From assembly GCA_003962975.1 (NCBI GenBank), contig RXKC01000005.1, positions 52,751 to 116,750 of the forward strand: a stretch of 64,000 nt of DNA. Direction: 5' to 3'. The notes below the pieces were generated by a model. It was given only the letters and a program-made list of their open reading frames with translations, was not told where the DNA came from and ran no database searches. Source of the stretch: Candidatus Saccharimonadota bacterium. Lineage in GTDB: Bacteria > Patescibacteriota > Saccharimonadia > Saccharimonadales > AWTP1-31. Position 1 is the first letter of the stretch. Every line of letters begins with the position of its first letter. Of this stretch, positions 49,901-56,459 are shown piece by piece. Made by a program: the position numbers and the translations under genes.

Positions 49901-51057
49901 AGGTTGTGGGCACTCCAAGCTAGTTTGGATTCATAGATGTCACTGAACTGAACAAAGGCGATTATGTCTTCTTTAGCAAATTCGCTACCCATGAGGATAC
50001 GGTAAGGTGTACCCGAAAGGTGTAATTTTATCTTGGCGTTGATTGCTTTCAGGCCCTGGATTTTACCCAGCTCGTCGATGCTGTCGGTATTTTTGAGAGA
50101 CTCTTCATCTTCTTCGTTTAGTTCAACGCCGGCTAGAATCTTGCCAAGTACTTGAGCACGAGCACCGAAGTGAGTTTCATCTATAATCAGTAGGTCTGGG
50201 CTGGCACTCTGTAGTATCTCGTGACGTTTCTTTACCTCTGTGGCCGATCCAGCAAGATCTTGTAGTGTCAGAAACAGCACAATATTTGTGCAGATTTCCG
50301 TTTTACCATCACCAGTGTAGAACTCTTTGCCGTAGACTTCATGAAAGTTCATACCGGGTGTTAGGTCAGTGCTTTCCATGAATCGATAACCGGTGAAGTC
50401 TTTGTGACTTTCAACTGTATGCTTCCACTCAGACTTAACATCGGCCTTGGCTGATACGACAAGAGTTAGTTTTGAATCTATTTTTTTAGCACACCACATT
50501 GAAGTGATTGACTTGCCAAAACGCATAACAGCGTACATTAAAAGGTTTGTCTGGCCATTATTAACGGCAGTTGTGAAGTTATTAATCACTTCTCGTTGGT
50601 TGTTGCGCGGCTCGAAATCGCTTTCACGAGCATAGTGAAGCTCTATTCTATCCTTGAGACTATCATAGTATGCGTATTTGCCAGGCGTACCGTAGCTGTT
50701 AATCACATCATTTACGGCAGCCGCTACGCTGTTGCCGTCGATACCTTCAAAGAATTCATTTGAGTAGATATTGTTGTCTCTATCGATGCCAATACGGACT
50801 GTTCCATTAGCTTCAAGGTATTTGTGTACCGAGTGATCCCTAAAGAATACATTTTCATTTACCAGTGCCTTGTGCCGCGAGACTTCAGTTAGGTCTTTGT
50901 AGTGCCTACGCCATTCATCTAAACGTTCTTCAACTGGACGATACGAGTCACCAACCTTAAGAAGATTTGGTAAGGTGTTTGTTTGGAAAGAATATATATG
51001 CGGCTCAACTCGACCAGTTATTATTTCTCTAATTACAGAATCATCAATCGTGGACAT
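46999..51057 (-). CDS. fusion protein: T5orf172/GIY-YIG-superfamily-like N-domain + SF2 (ResIII/SNF2-like) helicase + acidic linker + Eco57I-type N6-adenine DNA methyltransferase + C-terminal (TRD-like) region
   Basis: 1352 aa with these elements in order: an N-terminal IYSFQT...LLKVGDSYRPVEERLDEW...FRDHSVHKYL...SNEFFEG region; helicase motif I MRFGKS; DExH LLIIDETHFG (codons at 50181-50170); LSGTPYR; an acidic tract DDGEGDDIDTDTGDDTGENDEDD (~48787-48912); MTase motif X SEVFTP; and VVGNPPYQ (NPPY codons at 47994-47983). Confidence 0.8.
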   Translation of the reverse strand: MSTIDDSVIREIITGRVEPHIYSFQTNTLPNLLKVGDSYRPVEERLDEWRRHYKDLTEVSRHKALVNENVFFRDHSVHKYLEANGTVRIGIDRDNNIYSNEFFEGIDGNSVAAAVNDVINSYGTPGKYAYYDSLKDRIELHYARESDFEPRNNQREVINNFTTAVNNGQTNLLMYAVMRFGKSITSMWCAKKIDSKLTLVVSAKADVKSEWKHTVESHKDFTGYRFMESTDLTPGMNFHEVYGKEFYTGDGKTEICTNIVLFLTLQDLAGSATEVKKRHEILQSASPDLLIIDETHFGARAQVLGKILAGVELNEEDEESLKNTDSIDELGKIQGLKAINAKIKLHLSGTPYRILMGSEFAKEDIIAFVQFSDIYESKLAWSAHNLDKNEWDNPYYGFPQMIRFAFNPNESSRKKLEELPGSKPSEIFAPVDTNKTGDYQTFLHEKEVIDLLRVLDGTKQDTKLLALLDHPSIKAGKLARHVVIVLPKRASCDAFEKLLHDRPELFKNLSEYKILNISGHNASTSLKKPEQIKAAVTAAEANGRKTLTLTVNKMLTGTTVPEWDTMIYLKATISPQEYDQAIFRLQSPWIKKYVDNTDEVIKYDMKPQTLLVDLDPTRLFLLQEAKALSYGVNIEKIGNENIEQFVTRDLKVSPVLALNAENNKLVEVKASVIIDAVRKYANERSISEDVNEIGVDISLRDNESINSLISTLAEINGKNGLNISPIEDDGEGDDIDTDTGDDTGENDEDDTSHGSTDSSPTDNDEANAIKTFEKQFRMYYVLILLFAFLSTTEEKSLADVISNLDANKDNQRIARSLGLRKEHLTALRETMNWSILSSLDYKIQNSDYRANDDSITPVEHINIAINKFGKLSDSEVFTPSHIVDKVFDAFGTDFWRSASSAKVLDIASKSGSFANGFVRRVQQDGVSLESIKNNFYSIPTSSAAYEFTRKMYKALGLNIDNIAQHFTSYDILELKHIDTFRTLLATKTLSEITKEDLKATDVRIESNGDEGNQVKFSAVVGNPPYQEDTANSRTNPIYPQFMDNSYLLSDKVCLITPGRFLFNAGQSSKQWNEKMLNDKHLKVVYFKQKSADIFPNTDIKGGVVITHRDADKILGPIGTFTPFDELNSVLHKVSLTNPEKLSKIIFGNSSYRFTEKLYEDNPQLRGRVSVNEERSIGTKVFRTFPEVFTNNQPSTGDYVCIYGREDNKRIFKWIKREYISAHPNLDKWKVFVPKSNGSGAIGEILSTPLIGEPLIGGTQTFISFGGFDTEIQAQNCMKYIKSKFARAMLGTLKITQHAPKGTWKNVPLQDFTPDSDIDWSKSIPNIDKQLYAKYGLSQKEIDFIETHVRAME
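47289..47318. repeat. 15-bp perfect-but-one tandem duplication inside the fusion gene
   Basis: CCCCTATAAGGGGTT followed by CCCCTATAAGGGGTG. It is in frame and encodes PLIGE-PLIGG. Confidence 0.9.
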
Positions 51058-51894
51058 CTATATTTCTTCTCTTCTCATGACTTCATCCATCGTCTTGCCG
51101 TCTTTATTCTTCCAGCCGATCCAGGCATTGATGCTTCTTCCAGAAACAAGGCCACCTGCGTGGTTTGGGCTACGGGTAGAAATGTTGTTCGTTACTTCAA
51201 ATACATCACCAAGGTCTTTACTATTGGCAGTAAGTAATTCGTCTCGCTCTACGAGTGACTTCGGAAATGCTTTTGCCCAGCTTGGCGCATAGGATTTGTC
51301 TATGATTGAGCCGGCAAGAATAACGAACTTATCGCCCCGAAACTGTGCTTTCGCATTACTTTTCTTAGCCGATAAATGCCAAATTGATTCTTCTTCAGTA
51401 TCTTTTTTGGATGCGAAGATACTAAAGCCGAGTGATTCAGCAATCATGGCAGTGTCTTCTAGGATTTTCTCTAGTGTATGGACTTTGAACTCATGCACAT
51501 TATTCCGTGCTGGCACTGTTTTGTTCAATACTGTCATGGCAGCCGTAGCCTGGGCTTTCTCGACTGCAAGTGATTCTAAATATTTCACGTCACTTTTTTC
51601 AAGGCTGTTGGTGTTTGAAACTATAGCTATAGCGAGATCCCAGAAGTCTTTCGACTGATCGTGATTCTTAACACGGTGGTAAAAATTTTCACTTTCACCA
51701 ATGTAGAGTTGATTGTCAGATGAATTGATAAGCAGATACAGTGATGGTTGGTTTATCTCGCTCCGCTTTTTTACGTCACTTAGCTTTATCCTCGGTACAA
51801 CAAAAGCCTTTATCGGGCTTTCAGATAATTCGATAACCTTGATTCCCTCTAGTGAGCCGTCCGGTAAATATGTCTGTATTAATCTTGGAATCAT
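51058..51894 (-). CDS. GIY-YIG nuclease domain + DUF4357-like C-terminal domain protein, first gene of the operon
   Basis: 278 aa with GIY-YIG-like SLYLLINSSDNQLYIGESENFYHRVKNH and C-terminal RSPNHAGGLVSGRSINAWIGWKNKDGKTMDEV, typical of DUF4357. Its TAG stop is directly followed by the fusion gene's ATG. Confidence 0.75.
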   Translation of the reverse strand: MIPRLIQTYLPDGSLEGIKVIELSESPIKAFVVPRIKLSDVKKRSEINQPSLYLLINSSDNQLYIGESENFYHRVKNHDQSKDFWDLAIAIVSNTNSLEKSDVKYLESLAVEKAQATAAMTVLNKTVPARNNVHEFKVHTLEKILEDTAMIAESLGFSIFASKKDTEEESIWHLSAKKSNAKAQFRGDKFVILAGSIIDKSYAPSWAKAFPKSLVERDELLTANSKDLGDVFEVTNNISTRSPNHAGGLVSGRSINAWIGWKNKDGKTMDEVMRREEI

Positions 51895-52064
51895 GGTGTA
51901 ATTATAGCTTCTACGGAGTCTAAGATAAAGGAGATTTACTTTCCGTAGGTCTCTAAGTATACAGACCGAGCAAACCAGTCAAGGTAGTACAAGTCTCCAC
52001 CTTGACTACTTTGCCGTGCGGCCTTGTTGAGTAACCTCCGTTACAAAAAGTAAAGGAGGAAGAA

Positions 52065-52334
52065 ATGCCAGAAGCAAACAAATATAACGGGTGGAGTAAC
52101 CGTGAAACATGGGTAGCTAACCTGTGGCTAACCAACGATCAGGCGAGTTACTATCTGCTGCTTGAAGCGCTTAAGCACTCAGACAGTGACTATACCTGTG
52201 CTGAATGGCTACAGGAACAGTTGCGTGATCAGCTGGATCAAGAAGCTGGTACTGCAAGTACGTGGTCAGACTTACTTAGTACCGCATTCTACTGTGTTGA
52301 CTGGGTCGAGGTAATCGAGTGTAACCGCGAGTAA
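52065..52334 (+). CDS. small acidic hypothetical protein (MGE-associated)
   Basis: 89 aa with a very strong RBS (AAGGAGG). The motif NGWSNRETWVANLWLTNDQASYY is reminiscent, from memory only, of small phage/plasmid proteins. Confidence 0.6.
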   Translation: MPEANKYNGWSNRETWVANLWLTNDQASYYLLLEALKHSDSDYTCAEWLQEQLRDQLDQEAGTASTWSDLLSTAFYCVDWVEVIECNRE

Positions 52335-52368
52335 TTCATAATCCTGAGCAAGACTAAAAACTGCTCGA

Positions 52369-53109
52369 TTAGGAAAGGATCAAATCATCCAGTTTTGATG
52401 CGGTCATCTGTATATCTACATAGCTCGAATCTAGCTCTCGCCTGATCAAGTTGTCTACGCGTTTTATGAGTTGTGCAGATTCACATATAAACAATACGTT
52501 CGGGTGCGGCTGATCGAGTTTGTACTTTTGCCAAATCTCAAGTTCGGCAAAAGTGATATAGCGTCGTATGGCTTTTCTGAGCGTCCAGAAGCTCATAGTG
52601 TCTTCTAGGTAATCAACAAAGTATGATTTGTCACTCTGATTGTCGATCAGGAAGGCATCTGGTCTCGTCTTAGGAACATACGGCTTATTCATAAGCTCAG
52701 TCTTGCTAAAGAGCTTAAACCGGTCAGGATAGGTCTGTTTAATGGTGATGTAGGTCTTAAAGACGTTGAGTCGGTGCTGGATGCGACTGTCGTTGGCACG
52801 CTTGTCTTGATAGATGCTTCGGAGGGCTGATTCTTGAGTATATGGTTGATCACGAAGGAATCGTACCCCATCTGTTAGTAAATAATAGGTAGCTGGTTTG
52901 CCTTTAATCTTGTAGCTACTGTCGTAGTTCATGCCAATGTAGCCTTGATCTACTAGTATCTTGAGTCTGTTTGATATGACTCGTTGATGTTTGGCTTGTT
53001 GATTTTCAGCTAGTAGTGCAGTGGTAGTAAAACGGAATTTATAGAGCGTGTTTAGGATAGCAATTTGGTGAGTGTTTAGTGGTCGTCGGTATTTAGGTTC
53101 AGTCTTCAT
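52369..53109 (-). CDS. replication-relaxation (Replic_Relax) family protein
   Basis: 246 aa with an N-terminal winged-helix-like LNTHQIAILNTLYKFRFTTTALLA...ISNRLKILVDQGYI. Length and layout are typical of this family on actinobacterial and firmicute mobile elements. Confidence 0.65.
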   Translation of the reverse strand: MKTEPKYRRPLNTHQIAILNTLYKFRFTTTALLAENQQAKHQRVISNRLKILVDQGYIGMNYDSSYKIKGKPATYYLLTDGVRFLRDQPYTQESALRSIYQDKRANDSRIQHRLNVFKTYITIKQTYPDRFKLFSKTELMNKPYVPKTRPDAFLIDNQSDKSYFVDYLEDTMSFWTLRKAIRRYITFAELEIWQKYKLDQPHPNVLFICESAQLIKRVDNLIRRELDSSYVDIQMTASKLDDLILS

Positions 53110-53242
53110 TATGTCTACCCTATACGTAGTATAGGTAATTATATAACAATAGTGTGTTTAGCTAACAGATACAGAAAGATTATATAGATATCTTAGCGAG
53201 AAGATATCCACAGGAATAGATAAGTTCGGGTGTAGATTAGTC

Positions 53243-53271
53243 TTGAACTAACCGAGCACGGTTAGTATAAT
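53243..53271 (+). promoter_or_regulatory. promoter (TTGAAC-17 nt-TATAAT) with operator-like palindrome CTAACCG-N4-CGGTTAG in the spacer
   Basis: TTGAAC at 53243-53248 and TATAAT at 53266-53271. The inverted repeat at 53248-53265 lies in the spacer. A related half-site pair, TTAACC...GGTTAG, lies just downstream. Confidence 0.55.
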
Positions 53272-53290
53272 TAACCGTGTAAGGTTAGTT

Positions 53291-53458
53291 ATGAAACAGT
53301 TTGAGGGTACAAATCAGCTAATCACCGACAATGCAATTGAACAGTTGCAGATGATTCTACGTACTGGATCCTTGAGGGATATCAGCTTGGATGATACGCA
53401 GTCTGTAGCTCGTGATCTAATAGCATTATACGAAGTACTGGCCGAAGACTATGAGTAG
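53291..53458 (+). CDS. 55-aa acidic ORF overlapping the recombinase start (candidate directionality/regulatory factor)
   Basis: From ATG at 53291 to TAG at 53456-53458: MKQFEGTNQLITDNAIEQLQMILRTGSLRDISLDDTQSVARDLIALYEVLAEDYE. It overlaps the recombinase ATG (53451) by 8 nt. It falls below the ORF-track length cutoff. Confidence 0.4.
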   Translation: MKQFEGTNQLITDNAIEQLQMILRTGSLRDISLDDTQSVARDLIALYEVLAEDYE

Positions 53459-54944
53459 TAACGAACAGAACGTCGTTATACTCGCCCGCGTATCCAGTAA
53501 GGCACAAGAAGACGAAGGTTACTCCCTCGATTCACAGCTAAAGCTGCTTATGGGCTACTGTCAGCAACGAGACTTAAACGTAGTACGAATATTTAAGATC
53601 GCCGAGACGGCTAGTAAAGAACAAAGTCGCAAGGTCTTCCATGAGCTACTAACCTATTTGAAAACAGGCGTGGTGTTTCACTTGGCGGTCGAAAAGACCG
53701 ACCGACTAACCCGAAACTTCCGAGATGCGGTTGCTATCGACGAGTGGTTAGAGCGCGATGGTCGTCGTAGACTTCATGCCGTAAAAGAGAGTTTACTGCT
53801 CCATAAAGAAGCCCGATCCGACGTGAAGTTTATGTGGAATATCCACTTATCTGTTGCTAAGAAATACTCCGACAATTTACGAGAAGAAGCCATGAAGGGC
53901 TGGGCGGAGAAGCTCGCCCAAGGATGGCTACCATCTACGCCGCCACCAGGGTATAGAACAGTCATAGTAAACGGCAAAAAGATCCATGAACCAGATCCAG
54001 CCACCAAAGCCATTATGCAGGGCATATTCGAAAAGTATCTTGAGCCTAACCAGTCTATTGAGAGTATTCGAGCAGAACTAGAGCTACTTGGACTCAGAAC
54101 CCGCAAGGGTCGCCCGTTCAGCAAGAGTTACACCCAAAAGATACTTACTAATACGTTCTACATAGGCGTAAACCACTTTAACGGAATGGATTACCCTGGA
54201 GCTCAAGAGCCGATAATCAGCAAGGAGTTGTTCGATAAGGTGCAGCGTAAAATGCGCCGGAAGCTAACCTGCCGATACCGGACACATAATCCAATCTTCA
54301 AGAACATAATCCGCTGCACAACGTGCGGCAAGATGGTTACGTGGCAATTGCAAAAAGGACGCTACTACGGTGCATGCCAAAGGAGGACTGAAGCATGCAA
54401 ACAAAATGTCTTACTCCGAGAAGACCGGCTCGAGGAGCAAGTGAGTAGCATGCTGCAGAAGCTTGTTTCACCCCGAAGTGACGTCATCGAGTGGCTGGCC
54501 GAGGCCATGAAGCGCAAGCACAAGTCTGCTGTCGATGAAAACCAGCAACTGATTAAGTCCATCCAGACTCAGCTAGATAGGGTTCTGTACATGGATACCA
54601 ACCTATATGACGACAAGCTGGCTGGAGAGATTAGTCAGGCATTCTACACGCAAAAGCATACTGAACTTACGGAGCAACGTAAGTCACTCGAAGAACGACT
54701 GCAGAAGATTGACCATACGCTCGGGGCGTCACTTGAGCAACGACTCATACTACTGGAACTCACTCAGAAAGCGGCAGAACTATACGGCAAGAAGTCGCCC
54801 GAAAAGAAACGGCTCATTATATCCAAACTATTTGAAGAATTCAGTTACGAAGGAGGTATCTTATCTGTTAACTACACAATATTCGCCAGAGCAATTGCTC
54901 AAAATGTTTTAGAAACTCAACAAATAATAGGAGGAAGAATATGA
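53451..54944 (+). CDS. large serine recombinase
   Basis: 497 aa with an N-terminal resolvase catalytic domain (VVILARVSSKAQ...GYSLDSQ), a recombinase domain, a Cys-rich zinc ribbon (CTTCGK...YYGAC) and a coiled-coil C-terminus. Confidence 0.9.
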   Translation: MSSNEQNVVILARVSSKAQEDEGYSLDSQLKLLMGYCQQRDLNVVRIFKIAETASKEQSRKVFHELLTYLKTGVVFHLAVEKTDRLTRNFRDAVAIDEWLERDGRRRLHAVKESLLLHKEARSDVKFMWNIHLSVAKKYSDNLREEAMKGWAEKLAQGWLPSTPPPGYRTVIVNGKKIHEPDPATKAIMQGIFEKYLEPNQSIESIRAELELLGLRTRKGRPFSKSYTQKILTNTFYIGVNHFNGMDYPGAQEPIISKELFDKVQRKMRRKLTCRYRTHNPIFKNIIRCTTCGKMVTWQLQKGRYYGACQRRTEACKQNVLLREDRLEEQVSSMLQKLVSPRSDVIEWLAEAMKRKHKSAVDENQQLIKSIQTQLDRVLYMDTNLYDDKLAGEISQAFYTQKHTELTEQRKSLEERLQKIDHTLGASLEQRLILLELTQKAAELYGKKSPEKKRLIISKLFEEFSYEGGILSVNYTIFARAIAQNVLETQQIIGGRI

Positions 54945-55007
54945 GTAACCAAACCATTAAAAAACACCCCATTTACAGAGGTGCATTAAAGCTTGTTGCC
55001 AAGCTGC

Positions 55008-55022
55008 GTTCTATATGGCTAG
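55008..55022. repeat. direct repeat, right copy (putative attR core): GTTCTATATGGCTAG
   Basis: Spans the 3' end of tRNA-Gln (TGGCTAG at 55016-55022) plus 8 nt beyond it. Matches 32551..32566. Confidence 0.5.
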
Positions 55023-55090
55023 GGCGGAGGGATTCGAACCCCCGAATGCCAGGACCAAAACCTGGTGCCTTACCACTTGGCCACGCCCTA
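55016..55090 (-). tRNA. tRNA-Gln (anticodon UUG)
   Basis: The reverse complement folds as a cloverleaf: acceptor TAGGGCG/CGCCCTA, anticodon stem CCAGG/CCTGG with loop TTTTGGT (TTG), T-arm GGGGG-TTCGAAT-CCCTC, and an encoded CCA. Confidence 0.9.
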
Positions 55091-55191
55091 CTATCGAAGA
55101 TTCGTAAACTTCGAATTAACAGATTGATTTTAGTATATTTTGCCATAAACAGCAAATATAAGCGTTTTGCTATAATAAGCGTAAACATATC

Positions 55192-56436
55192 ATGAGGATT
55201 ATAGAGCCACATCAACTTAGGACTGTTCGCTACCGAGGGTCAGCGCAGCAACGTCGTATAAAAGTCGTACCTTTGCTACTGATTGTAGTATTGCTGGCAA
55301 GTCTTGGATTCGGTTATTGGCGATTTCAAAGGCCTATCGCCCTGCCTGTCACACAGGTCACACAGCAGAGTTACACTAAAAAAGATCCCGGTTTTGTGTG
55401 GCCAATAAATGAGCAAGCTGCTGTCGCGGGTGTTGGTTACGGAGTTTTGGGAAGTAGCCCAAATCAAAAGCAGGTGCCAATCGCGAGTATCACAAAGGTT
55501 ATAACTGCTCTGGCTGTACTAAAACAAAAGCCACTGCTGCCTGGACAGCAAGGTGAAGCGATAACGGTGACCGAGCAGGATGTACTGATTTATAACAAGT
55601 ATGTTGCACAGGGCGGCGCGGTTATTCCGGTATCAGTAGGTGGTAGTCTGACGCAGTACCAACTTATGCAGGCTATGTTGATTCCTTCCGCCAACAACGC
55701 TGCCGAAATGTTGGTGAACTGGGCGTTTGGCTCTGAAGCAGACTACATCACATATGCGAACGCTATGCTGGCAGACATGGGTCTCAAGGCAACTCGAGTC
55801 GCAGATGCTAGTGGCTTTTCTCCGCAGAGTGTCAGTACGGCAAGTGATTTGACGCAAATTGGGGTAACAGCCCTAAAAGAGCCGACAATTGCCGAAATTG
55901 TAGCCAGTAAACAAGTAACACTGCCGATGGCAGGCGTTATAAATAGTACGAACTTCCTACTGGGGGAGCCCGGGATTATTGGCATTAAGACTGGCAATAC
56001 TGATGAAGCTGGCGGGTGCTTTATGGCTGCAGTGACTCAGCCATATGAAGGTGGTCAAACCGTTTCTCTGGTGGCAGTGGTGCTGGGTGCGCCGCAAGTT
56101 ACTGATGCCATGAACATGGTTAAGCCGTTGCTCACAAAAGCTAAACAAGGCTTTGGTAAAACTATTGTTGTTGCTGCAGGACAGCAGTTTGGTACGATTA
56201 CGGCCGCGTGGGGAGAAAAAACCATCGTTGCTGCCCCAAAAAATGTCGTATTATTTGGCTGGCAGTATGGCTCGCCGAGCTTCACCACTACTCTCTCAGG
56301 TGCTGAAAATGGCGCCGGTAAAGTTGCCGGAATAACCCGCATAAACTTTGGCTCACAAAAGGTTACGGTTCCACTTGTGCAAGATAAAGATTTGGGCGAG
56401 CCAGACTTAGTGTGGCGCCTGAAGCGCATCTTTTGA
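55192..56436 (+). CDS. dacA: D-alanyl-D-alanine carboxypeptidase (PBP5/6-type, peptidase S11)
   Basis: N-terminal TM segment, then SITKV (SxxK), SANNAAE (SxN) and KTGNT (KTG). Confidence 0.85.
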   Translation: MRIIEPHQLRTVRYRGSAQQRRIKVVPLLLIVVLLASLGFGYWRFQRPIALPVTQVTQQSYTKKDPGFVWPINEQAAVAGVGYGVLGSSPNQKQVPIASITKVITALAVLKQKPLLPGQQGEAITVTEQDVLIYNKYVAQGGAVIPVSVGGSLTQYQLMQAMLIPSANNAAEMLVNWAFGSEADYITYANAMLADMGLKATRVADASGFSPQSVSTASDLTQIGVTALKEPTIAEIVASKQVTLPMAGVINSTNFLLGEPGIIGIKTGNTDEAGGCFMAAVTQPYEGGQTVSLVAVVLGAPQVTDAMNMVKPLLTKAKQGFGKTIVVAAGQQFGTITAAWGEKTIVAAPKNVVLFGWQYGSPSFTTTLSGAENGAGKVAGITRINFGSQKVTVPLVQDKDLGEPDLVWRLKRIF

Positions 56437-56459
56437 GGAGCGCTAGTATACTAGACAGT

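Larger units (their letters stand above)
32551..55022. mobile_element. putative ~22.5-kb genomic island / integrative mobilisable element at tRNA-Gln
   Basis: Bounded by the direct repeat. A large serine recombinase lies 64 nt from the tRNA-proximal repeat. The element carries Replic_Relax-like, TraD/VirD4-like and XRE genes plus defence and resistance-type cargo. By eye it is more AT-rich than the flanks. An orphan terminator sits at the distal end. Confidence 0.5.

Noticed and set aside
54941-55215. ORFs 54941-55195 (+) and 54973-55215 (-) listed in the ORF track.
   Set aside because: Both run straight through the tRNA-Gln gene (55016-55090) and its flanks, and neither carries a coding signal.
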